A stretch of 64,000 nucleotides of DNA from an uncultured Candidatus Saccharibacteria bacterium. Lineage in GTDB: Bacteria > Patescibacteriota > Minisyncoccia > UBA6257 > GWB1-50-10. The translations under genes were made by a program, and so were the position numbers. The stretch spans positions 677-64,676 of the forward strand of contig CAYISA010000003.1 of NCBI GenBank assembly GCA_964365955.1. The letters are read 5' to 3'. The notes beneath the pieces were generated by a model that was given only the letters and a program-made list of their open reading frames with translations, ran no database searches and had not been told where the DNA came from. Of this stretch, positions 9,159 to 17,873 are shown one piece after another (position 1 is the first letter of the stretch; every line of letters starts with the position of its first letter).

Positions 9159-10198
9159 ATGGGAAGTAAATTCAATAACGTTATCTTCTGGGTTCATGAT
9201 TATCTTCATGCGATACATAAACAAAGTTATGCATTTTTATACCGCAAACCACCGGCTCACTACCTTGGGTATGTAAAACATGACAAGAAACCAATAATTT
9301 TGATTCCCGGTGTATACGAAAAATGGCATTTTCTGAAGGCACTTGCTGACCCGCTTTCACGCATGGGGCACCCGGTGTACGCCCTAGAACATCTTGGATA
9401 TAACACAAAAGAAATTCATCGTTCCGCTCAATTAGTTCGTGAGCTGATAGACAAGCAGAACCTAAACAACATTGTCATTCTTGCACACAGCAAGGGAGGC
9501 CTTATCGGTAAGTATCTTCTCGCTTTTAATAATAAAAGACGATAGAATAAAAAGACTGATTACTATTGCCACCCCCCTTTGGCGGTAGCGCGGTCGCGCG
9601 CATTTTTCCACAGAAACACCTGAAGGAGTTTCATCCAGAGCACGAAACCGTCCAGAAGCTGAAGAAACAGGGTGCGATTAATAAGAACGTTGTTTCAATT
9701 TTTGGTGTTTTTGATAACCATGTTTGGCCAGTGGAAAGTTGCCGCCTTGATGGTGCAAAAAATATTCAAGTGAATAGCTTTGGTCATCATAAAATCCTTT
9801 TTGATAAAAAGGTAAAAGAAATTGTCTTGTCAGAAGTTGAAAAATACAAAAGTGTCATGGCAAATAAAACATATGTCTTGAGATTTCGCGCGATCAATCG
9901 TGATATTTTTTGGCGATTAAAAGTGGAAAGAATAGAGACCAGAGCCGCAACCCTACGATATCGGCACGTCAAGGTAGGGGACGGGGTAAAATTGATCTGC
10001 GGGAAAAGTACATTTCAGAAAAAAGTGAAAAGAATAAAAACTTTCCGGACCATTCCTGCGATGCTTAAAGTCTATCGAGTCAAAGAAATCAATCCCAACA
10101 CCAGTTCCGCAAAGGAGTTAAAGGAACTCTATCTTAGTTTTCCGGGATATAAGGAAAAAATAAAGAAATTCGGTCTGATAGCTCTAGAATTAAAATGA
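9159..10198 (+). pseudogene. LipA-like alpha/beta-hydrolase lipase disrupted by two frameshifts; the C-terminal ~115 aa may be a separate ORF
   Basis: The N-terminal ORF carries the AHSKGG nucleophile elbow (compare Bacillus LipA AHSMGG). The C-terminal ORF carries CRLDGAKNIQVNSFGHH (compare LipA SRLDGARNVQIHGVGH). The joining peptide RIKRLITIATP is only readable in the third frame across an A4 and a C6 run at about 9530-9580. A possible separate ORF starts at MANKTY (9857). Confidence 0.55.
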
Positions 10199-10761
10199 GC
10201 TGCGTCTTCATTAGTGGAATCCCTGCGGCAGGAAAAAGCTATTTAGCAGAAAGGGTAGCGAGAGCTTGCGACGCTCGGCACGCCAAAATTGACGATTGGG
10301 TTGAGGAATTTCGAAGCGACCCAAAACTTGAACCTTGGGTAGATTTTTATTGGAATCAGGACGAAAAAAAGTATTTTAAAAACACTACATGCGAGAAGCA
10401 GTGGGAAAATCTGAAAAAACAATCGGAGATGTTATGGCCGGCCATCTTAGAAAAAATAAGAGAGGTCGAGGATTCGGACAAAGACACTATTTTTGAAGGA
10501 GTGAATATTTTGCCCCGTCTGGCAAGGCGCGATTTGGATTTTGACGGAATTGTTCTTCTGGGCGAATCCTACGAGCTGATTTTGGACCGGAATAAAAAAA
10601 GTCCACGCTGGGGCGAAACGGAAGAGCTGCAAATTTTGGAGGCAAGCACATTTTGGAATTGCGAACGGCTCTATTATGAAACAGAGGCTAAGAAATACGG
10701 GTTTAAAACTTTTTCTGACACCATTGTTGCCGAAAAGGAGTTGCTGCGGTTATTGAGTTAA
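10195..10761 (+). CDS. P-loop NTPase / putative kinase
   Basis: Walker A motif GIPAAGKSYLA. ATGA overlap with the upstream ORF. Confidence 0.55.
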   Translation: MSCVFISGIPAAGKSYLAERVARACDARHAKIDDWVEEFRSDPKLEPWVDFYWNQDEKKYFKNTTCEKQWENLKKQSEMLWPAILEKIREVEDSDKDTIFEGVNILPRLARRDLDFDGIVLLGESYELILDRNKKSPRWGETEELQILEASTFWNCERLYYETEAKKYGFKTFSDTIVAEKELLRLLS

Positions 10762-10763
10762 AA

Positions 10764-11720
10764 ATGCAGAAGAGTATTCTGATCATATTTATTTTATTCG
10801 CTATTCTTGTCAGCGGTTATTATTTTTTTGCGAACACACCAAACCCCGGTGCCGGACCAGAACGTTTTATCGTGCCGCGCGATAGGGGAGCGGATGTCTC
10901 TGCTCTTTTAAAAGAACAAGGATTTGTGCGAAGCGCTTGGATTACAAAATTATTCTTAAGTGTCAAAAGTGGGGATACGACGCCGGGCGGCTATAAACTA
11001 TCCAAAGGGATGAACGCGTGGGAAATTGCGGGTGTTTTAACGCAAGCGCCGTATATGCGCTGGGTTACGATACCCGAAGGGCTTAGAAAAGAAGAGACCG
11101 CGGAGGTTTTGGGTGCGTCTCTTATGTGGCAAGAAGCACAATCCAATGATTTTTTGAATGCATATAAAACCATCGGAGCCCAGTATAGAGAGGGTTATTA
11201 TTTTCCGGAAACGTATTTGATACCGACCGACGAAGACGGCGCCGTGGTCGCAAAACGAATGATTGATAAATTCAACGAAAACTTTTCTCCGTATTACGCC
11301 ATGTTCCTCAAAGAAAATATAAAAGAGGGGACAGCGATAAAAATCGCATCGCTCATCGAGCGCGAGGCCGCAGGACACAATGATATGCCGCTTGTTGCGG
11401 GAATCATTTGGAATCGGCTCTTGCAAAACATGAAGCTGGATATTGATGCGACTCTCCAGTACGCGCAAGGGAAAGTAGGGGACTTGTGGTGGGCGCCGAT
11501 TCACGGTCCGGATGCGCGGAAATTAGAGTCGCCTTATAACACGTATCTGCACAAAGGACTTCCGCCTACCGCAATCTCAAATCCAGGATCAGCCGCGATT
11601 GAGGCGGCGCTTCATCCCGCAAAAACAGATTGTCTGTACTATCTCCACGACAAAACCGGACAGATCCACTGCACCAAAACCTACCCCGAACACCAGAGAA
11701 ATATTCAACTCTACCTCTAG
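10764..11720 (+). CDS. mltG: Endolytic murein transglycosylase MltG (YceG family)
   Basis: N-terminal TM segment. YceG hallmarks include EGYYFPETY. 318 aa, TAG stop. Confidence 0.9.
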   Translation: MQKSILIIFILFAILVSGYYFFANTPNPGAGPERFIVPRDRGADVSALLKEQGFVRSAWITKLFLSVKSGDTTPGGYKLSKGMNAWEIAGVLTQAPYMRWVTIPEGLRKEETAEVLGASLMWQEAQSNDFLNAYKTIGAQYREGYYFPETYLIPTDEDGAVVAKRMIDKFNENFSPYYAMFLKENIKEGTAIKIASLIEREAAGHNDMPLVAGIIWNRLLQNMKLDIDATLQYAQGKVGDLWWAPIHGPDARKLESPYNTYLHKGLPPTAISNPGSAAIEAALHPAKTDCLYYLHDKTGQIHCTKTYPEHQRNIQLYL

Positions 11721-11842
11721 CGGTTTTTTCCGCCGCTTTGCTAAGTTCAGGTGATTTTTTCGGCTTCAAAAATGTCGCCTATGAGACAAAATTGAAGTCA
11801 CCCAGATTGTGCCATATTTGCAATGAACATTACCGCTCTAAT

Positions 11843-11871
11843 TTGACAGCACGGGGGGAAAACGCTATTAT
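11843..11871 (+). promoter_or_regulatory. Sigma70-like promoter (TTGACA-17-TATTAT)
   Basis: Consensus -35 at 11843-11848 and -10 at 11866-11871 with a 17-nt spacer, about 35 nt upstream of the ATG at 11907. Confidence 0.4.
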
Positions 11872-11906
11872 AAAGAAAGTATTTTTTAATATTATTGGGG
11901 TTCCAA

Positions 11907-12266
11907 ATGAAAATTCCACAAATGCGACTGTCTGATTTTACCTATGAGGTTTTCCAAAAAATCGTGGATGTATACGATCGTGCGCGACGTGGCCGCGGAA
12001 GCTCTACATTAATTTCTCCCGAAATGTTGGGGAGAGGAATAGACGAACTTAAAATGCGGCGCCCCGTTGAGTGGCGTTTTCACGGCACAAAATTGTGGGT
12101 GGAGCATGTTCCGTTTTATGAGACCAACTCCGAAGAAATGCTGATACGCTTCCGGTTTGATGGCGATGAGGCATTGAGCAAAAAAGAAGCGAATCGAATT
12201 GAGGAAGTCTTCAACGGGGAGGTTACAAAATTTCTCACAACCCGAGGTCTTATCACTGGGAACTAA
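11907..12266 (+). CDS. Hypothetical protein (120 aa)
   Basis: ORF with an ATG start (MKIPQMRL); the tabulated ORF begins at a TTG 12 nt upstream. A promoter lies upstream and a terminator-like hairpin downstream. Confidence 0.45.
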   Translation: MKIPQMRLSDFTYEVFQKIVDVYDRARRGRGSSTLISPEMLGRGIDELKMRRPVEWRFHGTKLWVEHVPFYETNSEEMLIRFRFDGDEALSKKEANRIEEVFNGEVTKFLTTRGLITGN

Positions 12267-12270
12267 ATTC

Positions 12271-12300
12271 CCGACCGTCAAAGTATCGGCGGTTTTTTTA
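12271..12300 (+). terminator. Putative rho-independent terminator
   Basis: ccgaccg/cggcgg stem with a one-nucleotide bulge, followed by TTTTTTT. Confidence 0.35.
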
Positions 12301-12311
12301 TTTCTTTTACT

Positions 12312-12509
12312 AAATCTCTAAAATCCCTTTTAGTGAATATCGCCGAGGAAGCGTAAAAATAACCGAGCGCGGAGGAAGGACGTAGGAATTCGCCGCTGTC
12401 TGAATCCCGACTCCGCTAGTCGGCGGAGAGGTTGAGTTCGGAGAATTACGTTATGTCCAACAAGAAGTGAGAGTTATTTTAGCGAGCGAGGATATGAACG
12501 AAAGGGGAT
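12312..12509. repeat. Non-coding element flanked by 14-bp perfect inverted repeats (atctctaaaatccc ... gggattttagagat)
   Basis: IR arms at 12312-12325 and 12496-12509. The ~170-nt interior has a nested hairpin (ccgactccgc-tagt-cggcggag) and degenerate cgagcgNgagga repeats, and no ORF. Confidence 0.45.
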
Positions 12510-12510
12510 T

Positions 12511-13275
12511 TTAGAGATACCCAACTTTCTTCAACCATTCAACATTTTCCCATTCCCATAATTTCTTTGCGCCCAAAAATGCCTCAAAGTCCTCTTTCCA
12601 GTAGGGGAATTCCTGGAGTTCAATACGCCCCTCGGTCTGCCCCCATTCATGCGTACAAGCCTGCATAAACGGGTTCCCGCGCTGGGTTTTGACCTGATGC
12701 TTGCCGCCCTTGCTTCGCAAGGTAGCTCCGCAATGGACACAGCGACGATCCTGGTCGATACGCAGTATCCAACGCGTCTCGAGACCCTTTACGGAATCCT
12801 TCATCGCCGCCAAGTACGCGGACGTTTGCAGGTTATAATCCCGATAAATTTCTTTGGAGGTTTTGATGTCCAAAATTCCCAATTTTCCGCCAATCAGCGC
12901 CACCGCATCCAGTGTGCCCGCGTACCGATGTTCATAATTCACCAAGCGGTGCTCCACGTATGCGGGATCAACCTGGATTTTGTTTGCAAGCATAAATTCC
13001 AAAAATGCTTTTACGGACGGCTGGATAAGCGAAGGGATTTCCGGTTTTTTTCCGACCAAGATTGCCTCCACGGCTTCATGGATCATCGTCCCTTCGGTGG
13101 CAGACTGATTTTTCACGCGTTCGCCCTCGGCAAAACTCCCCATGCGTCCATAAAAATGATAGAGAGCCGGTTTTGCCTTTATGTCCACGATCTTCGTGAC
13201 GCGCGGATACCACGTTCCGTTTATGTTATAGCCGCTTTTTGTTTTAAAATCTTCAGGAGTTTTGTATAAATCCAT
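12511..13275 (-). CDS. PD-(D/E)XK family nuclease with a C-terminal CxxC...C cluster
   Basis: GTLDAVALI...ILDIKTSKEIY gives a D...D-x-K core. A CVHCGAT...C...H metal-binding-like cluster lies near the C-terminus. Confidence 0.5.
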   Translation of the reverse strand: MDLYKTPEDFKTKSGYNINGTWYPRVTKIVDIKAKPALYHFYGRMGSFAEGERVKNQSATEGTMIHEAVEAILVGKKPEIPSLIQPSVKAFLEFMLANKIQVDPAYVEHRLVNYEHRYAGTLDAVALIGGKLGILDIKTSKEIYRDYNLQTSAYLAAMKDSVKGLETRWILRIDQDRRCVHCGATLRSKGGKHQVKTQRGNPFMQACTHEWGQTEGRIELQEFPYWKEDFEAFLGAKKLWEWENVEWLKKVGYL

Positions 13276-13532
13276 TGTCAGATGTTTCCTTATCGTATCA
13301 GTATTTCAAAAACCTCTCAACGAACGAGTGTTGGTTTAAACACTGGGTCCCGGGTTGCTTAACATATTTAGGCTCATACACAAAAAACAGGGCTGAAATG
13401 GTCAATTTTGAGCCAAAAAGACTTATTCTGGACCTCAATCCGGTAGAGGAGTAGTCCTTGCCGGCTTTTATTTTAATCTAGTATCTGTCGCACAATATAT
13501 CTTTTGCGACATGATATATATCTGAAATAAGC

Positions 13533-13973
13533 TCAAAGTTTGGCTATCGCCCACACCACAATCTCTTTCACAATATCGATTACGTATAAAAACAAACTCC
13601 CTATCGCTTTCACGATCTGCCGCAGATCGAATCCGATTTTTGACCGCATCCAGTCGTTTATTCTCTGCCACCACGATCCCGAGTCCCGCAGAATCTCCGC
13701 GGGGTTTCCTACCGCCCCTTTTACGCTCTGAATGGCCGCTTTGAGCTTCGGAAATTGGTTTAGGTCTATCTGTGTGCCTCGTGCTTTATTTGCAAAATCC
13801 TTAATCGGCTGCGGGATAATAGTTTGAAAATTAATATCGTTTATTTTCGCGTTTCCAGGAGGAAGGATTTCCGCAAAAAGATTGGGCGGTGTTTGTGCAT
13901 AAGTAAATCCTGTACCTATAAGAATCATGCCGATTGTTATCGCCGCTATTTTCCCCATACTGTTATTATACAA
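13533..13973 (-). CDS. Small secreted hypothetical protein
   Basis: N-terminal signal peptide (IAAITIGMILIGTGFTYAQT). 146 aa. Confidence 0.45.
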   Translation of the reverse strand: MYNNSMGKIAAITIGMILIGTGFTYAQTPPNLFAEILPPGNAKINDINFQTIIPQPIKDFANKARGTQIDLNQFPKLKAAIQSVKGAVGNPAEILRDSGSWWQRINDWMRSKIGFDLRQIVKAIGSLFLYVIDIVKEIVVWAIAKL

Positions 13974-13982
13974 TAACTTTAT

Positions 13983-15293
13983 TTAAAGATAAAGTGTGGG
14001 ATCGATATGCCCGCCGATGGGCATTAAACCACATTGGCGCGATGGTTGCGAACCTTCCGGAACCCCTGCGCGCGCGGGCGAAAGCGTTTGATTCGCGAAT
14101 ACGGTGAAATGAAGATGGGGACCTGTGGCATATCCCGTGCGGCCCAAAAATCCGATAATCTGTCCCCTCTCAACCCGGTCGCCGGCATTCACGATGTAGC
14201 GGGAAAGATGACCATAGAGCGTAGCGAGTCCATTTTCATGTTTGATCTCCACAAATTTCCCGTAAGCGCCTTTCCGGCAGAATTTATCCTGATCTCCGGA
14301 ATTGATCACAACACCTGACTCCGCCGCAAGAATCGGCGACCCCACGGGGACACCTCCTAGATCCACTCCGTTATGAAAACGTCCACGGTAATTCCGAAGC
14401 GCAAATGCCGTAGAGCCGTAGCCTTGAGTCAGCCGGGCACCCAAGACCGGCCACAGAAAAAGGCCCTTCCGCGCAATCGGTAACAGATTAGGATCGATGC
14501 TTTTCCGCAATACGGATTCGATTTTTTCAACCTCCGCGGAAATCTCATCTTGTACTTTTTCAAGCGCTGAAAGCTGTTGTTGATAGACGCGTTCGCGATT
14601 TTTTGTCTGTTCCAATAGCCGTTGACGCTCTTCTTTTTGGTCTTTGACGATGTATTGCTGGCCAACCAGCGTAATGCGTTCTTGTTCTTTGCTTGTTTTT
14701 TTCGTCCGCGCCTCGTCCAATTTATTATTCATCTCTTCCTGTAGTGAACGCAGGCGTCCCATATTCTCCGTAAGGGATGAGCTAAGCGATGAAATGGAGC
14801 GGATTTCGGAAACGGCTTCGCTCAACCGAGCGTTCCGTAAAATAGATGTAAGCGGATTTTCGTGATCCTTTTCCTGCAGTTCAATAAATAATTTTGCCAC
14901 TGTCGCCTGCTGGTTCACGATGCTGCCATGAAGCCCCGTAATCTGATCGCCGAGCGATCCTATTTCATCTGAAAGTTTTTCAATATTCAGGCGACTTGCC
15001 TTGATGGAAAGATTTAATTGACCGATGTTCGAATCCAATACATTGATCTCGCGATTCAAGGAATTTTTGGATTGGAGCACGGTGTCTAAATTTTTCTGCA
15101 CCACGTTTTTCTGATCCTGAATTTTTTGCAATTCCTCGGCTTTTTTCTGAAGCGAGTCGCGCAATGTCGTCGTGGCCCCTCCGCCAGAGGGCGGCACGGA
15201 AATCTGCGCGTACGTCAAAAATACGCCCGTGGCTGAAAGGATAATAGATAGCGCAATTAAAATACGAAGACTGTATAGAGGAATAGATTCCAT
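13983..15293 (-). CDS. M23 family peptidoglycan endopeptidase with a coiled-coil N-domain (EnvC-like)
   Basis: TM/signal segment, a long coiled coil, then a LytM domain (HNGVDLGG, YGHLS, GPHLHF). The ATG (MESIPLYSL) lies 12 nt after the gltX stop. Confidence 0.8.
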   Translation of the reverse strand: MESIPLYSLRILIALSIILSATGVFLTYAQISVPPSGGGATTTLRDSLQKKAEELQKIQDQKNVVQKNLDTVLQSKNSLNREINVLDSNIGQLNLSIKASRLNIEKLSDEIGSLGDQITGLHGSIVNQQATVAKLFIELQEKDHENPLTSILRNARLSEAVSEIRSISSLSSSLTENMGRLRSLQEEMNNKLDEARTKKTSKEQERITLVGQQYIVKDQKEERQRLLEQTKNRERVYQQQLSALEKVQDEISAEVEKIESVLRKSIDPNLLPIARKGLFLWPVLGARLTQGYGSTAFALRNYRGRFHNGVDLGGVPVGSPILAAESGVVINSGDQDKFCRKGAYGKFVEIKHENGLATLYGHLSRYIVNAGDRVERGQIIGFLGRTGYATGPHLHFTVFANQTLSPARAGVPEGSQPSRQCGLMPIGGHIDPTLYL

Positions 15294-15304
15294 GGCCTGA
15301 TGAT

Positions 15305-16714
15305 TTATACCGTTAGTTTCAGAAGCGCCTGATCGATACGGCGGAGAGATTCGTCCTTGCCTAAAATATCCAATAACTCGACCGGTCCGGGCGACGCTTC
15401 CGATCCGGAGAGAGCTACGCGCAAGGGCCACAAAACGTCTCCCCTCCCCTTGGCCTCCGCAAATGGCATGAGAACCGCCGTTAATTTTTCTTTTGAAAAA
15501 TCGTGTTCGGGAACATCCTGAAGAATATCGCGCGCGCCGCGCATCATCTCTGCCGTTTTTGCCGGCTCGCTCCCCTTCCAGGCAAGAAGCGCTCCTGTAT
15601 AACTCGGTAATTCAAAAAACATTTTTGCAAGTGAAACAAAATCCGACAGAGTGCGCATCCGTTCCCGCTCCACTTTCAAAACTTTTTTCACGAATGCCTT
15701 TTTGTAGAGCCATTCCGGCGGTAAAAAGGGCGCAAGATGGTGGATGAGGTTTTCGATGGGAAGATGTTTTATGTAATACCCATTCAGCCAGTTAAGTTTT
15801 TCCTCATTAAAAACGCCGCCTGATTTTTGAACCCGCTTGATTTCAAATTCTTTGACCATTTCCGCAATCGAAATGACTTCACGATCGACGAGAGGGTGCC
15901 AACCAAGCAAGACCAGAAAATTCAGGATGGACTCCGGCAAATATCCCCCATTTCGATAGGTGTCGATGGAGGTCGAAACGAACCGCTTTGAAAGTTTTTT
16001 CTTATCTAGGCCCAAAATAAGCGGCAGATGGGCGTAATGCGGAATTTTGAATCCCAGCGCCTCCTGGAGTGCTATCTGTTTGGGGGTATTGGACAAATGA
16101 TCTTCACCGCGAATCACATGGCTGATCTCCATCTCTTCGTCATCCACGACCACCGCAAAGTTATAAAGCGGTTCCGTAAGACTTTTCGCAATGATAAAAT
16201 CACCCGAAAGCGCCACGTTAAATTCGGTCTTCCCGCGCACTAGATCGGTAAAAGCGATTTTCTTGTCCGGAACGCGAAAACGGATGACCGCCGGCATGGT
16301 CGCGTGTTTCTCTTCTGCCGCTTCCGACGAAAGCGCCCGGCATCGGCCACTATACTTCGGCGACAATCCTTGGCTTAACTGCGCCTGCTGTTCAGCTTCT
16401 AGTTCCTCTTCTGTGCAAAAACAATAATATGCTTTTCGTTCATCGATGAGTTTTTGAAGGAATTTTCTGTAGACGGCTATCCGGTCACTTTGACGGACTT
16501 CTTTTTCGTCCCAATCAAGTCCTAACCACTCCAAACTCTTAAAAATCCCCTCTTCGTACTCCTTTTTGGAACGTGTCGTGTCGGTGTCTTCAATGCGCAA
16601 TAAAAACTTCCCTCCTTCATGGCGGGCGAAAAGCCAATTAAATAATGCGGTCCGCACAGTCCCCAAATGCAGAGAACCCGTGGGAGAGGGCGCAAACCTT
16701 ACTCTCACTACCAT
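15305..16714 (-). CDS. gltX: Glutamyl-tRNA synthetase
   Basis: HIGH-region PSPTGSLHLG and KMSKS-like KLSKR. 469 aa. Confidence 0.95.
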   Translation of the reverse strand: MVVRVRFAPSPTGSLHLGTVRTALFNWLFARHEGGKFLLRIEDTDTTRSKKEYEEGIFKSLEWLGLDWDEKEVRQSDRIAVYRKFLQKLIDERKAYYCFCTEEELEAEQQAQLSQGLSPKYSGRCRALSSEAAEEKHATMPAVIRFRVPDKKIAFTDLVRGKTEFNVALSGDFIIAKSLTEPLYNFAVVVDDEEMEISHVIRGEDHLSNTPKQIALQEALGFKIPHYAHLPLILGLDKKKLSKRFVSTSIDTYRNGGYLPESILNFLVLLGWHPLVDREVISIAEMVKEFEIKRVQKSGGVFNEEKLNWLNGYYIKHLPIENLIHHLAPFLPPEWLYKKAFVKKVLKVERERMRTLSDFVSLAKMFFELPSYTGALLAWKGSEPAKTAEMMRGARDILQDVPEHDFSKEKLTAVLMPFAEAKGRGDVLWPLRVALSGSEASPGPVELLDILGKDESLRRIDQALLKLTV

Positions 16715-16747
16715 ACACCTATTATAGGCATAGTTCGAGGATTTTGG

Positions 16748-17872
16748 CTACCTCCAACCGAGTAAAAGCACTTCTTTTGCAATGATTTCCGCAGCTTCTG
16801 GCGTGAAAAAATGTTTTGCCGCGTCGATCATTTTTTGCCGCCGTTCGGGCTTTTCGAGAATTTCCTTCAACTTGGCTGTGAAAAGATGGATTCCGAGATT
16901 ATTTTCTTCGAAAACAGCCGCCGCGCCTGCAAGCGAATAGGCGTAGGCATTCGCTCTCTGGTGGTCGTTTGCGGAACCCGTAAGCGGGATTAGAATCGCC
17001 GGTTTTCTGAAGGACGCGATCTCGTAAATAGCTCCGGATCCCGCACGCGATAGGATAACGTCCGCCGCGGAAAATGCTTTGACGGTCTCCGAAAGCTCCA
17101 GATACGGAATCATTTTGTAGCGCACCCAGAGCGCAGCATCGATCGTTGCAAGCGCGGGAGTTAAAAAATCCTGTACAACCCTTGCGTTCGTGGCACCCAC
17201 CTGATGATAAACCTGTGTTACACTCAAAATCTCCTTAAGATGTTCGGCAATAAACGTATTGATTTTCATTGAACCCTGCGAACCTCCGACTACCACCAAA
17301 AGAGGAAGTTCAGAATTGAATCCCAGGTTTTTTTTCGCGGTCATTTGTTCTGGGCGATCCTCCAAAAGTGCGGCACGGATGGGATTTCCGGTAAAGGCAA
17401 TTTTTCTTTTTGGGAAAGATTCCGCGGCGGAAGAAAATGCAAGCGCAATTTTAGCGGCAAGATAGCCCGATAAACGATTGGTAAGCCCCGGGACGGCATC
17501 CGACTCATGAATGACGACCGGGATGCGATAGAACCAGGCCGCCAGGACAACCGTGAAGGCCCCGGGTCCGCCTTTCGAAAAAACAACATCCGGCATCTCG
17601 ATATAGAGCCAAAAGAGCGACTGAAAAATACTGACAAAGAATTTCGGGATGTCAAACATATTCCGAATATCGGCGTAGCGCCGTATCTTACTGGATAAGA
17701 TAGAGCGGATGCGGATTGCCCGATCGGTAAACTCTTTATTCAACGGGGAATGCGGGCCGATATATGAAAAATCAACCGGAGCCTTCGCTAATGTTTTGAT
17801 TGTGTCCGCAACCGCAAGAAGCGGATAGATATGCCCGCCCGTTCCCCCGCCGGTGAGTGTAATGCGCATCAT
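16748..17872 (-). CDS. murG: UDP-GlcNAc:undecaprenyl-PP-MurNAc-pentapeptide GlcNAc transferase MurG
   Basis: MMRITLTGGGTGGHIYPLLAV glycine-rich loop and GT-B fold. The ATG is 1 nt after the ftsW stop. Confidence 0.9.
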   Translation of the reverse strand: MMRITLTGGGTGGHIYPLLAVADTIKTLAKAPVDFSYIGPHSPLNKEFTDRAIRIRSILSSKIRRYADIRNMFDIPKFFVSIFQSLFWLYIEMPDVVFSKGGPGAFTVVLAAWFYRIPVVIHESDAVPGLTNRLSGYLAAKIALAFSSAAESFPKRKIAFTGNPIRAALLEDRPEQMTAKKNLGFNSELPLLVVVGGSQGSMKINTFIAEHLKEILSVTQVYHQVGATNARVVQDFLTPALATIDAALWVRYKMIPYLELSETVKAFSAADVILSRAGSGAIYEIASFRKPAILIPLTGSANDHQRANAYAYSLAGAAAVFEENNLGIHLFTAKLKEILEKPERRQKMIDAAKHFFTPEAAEIIAKEVLLLGWR

Positions 17873-17873
17873 G

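Noticed and set aside
10741-10770. A fourth copy of the secA-end repeat at the mltG boundary
   Set aside because: Only aaaaatg matches. There is no convincing right-hand repeat, so the island's right boundary is undefined.
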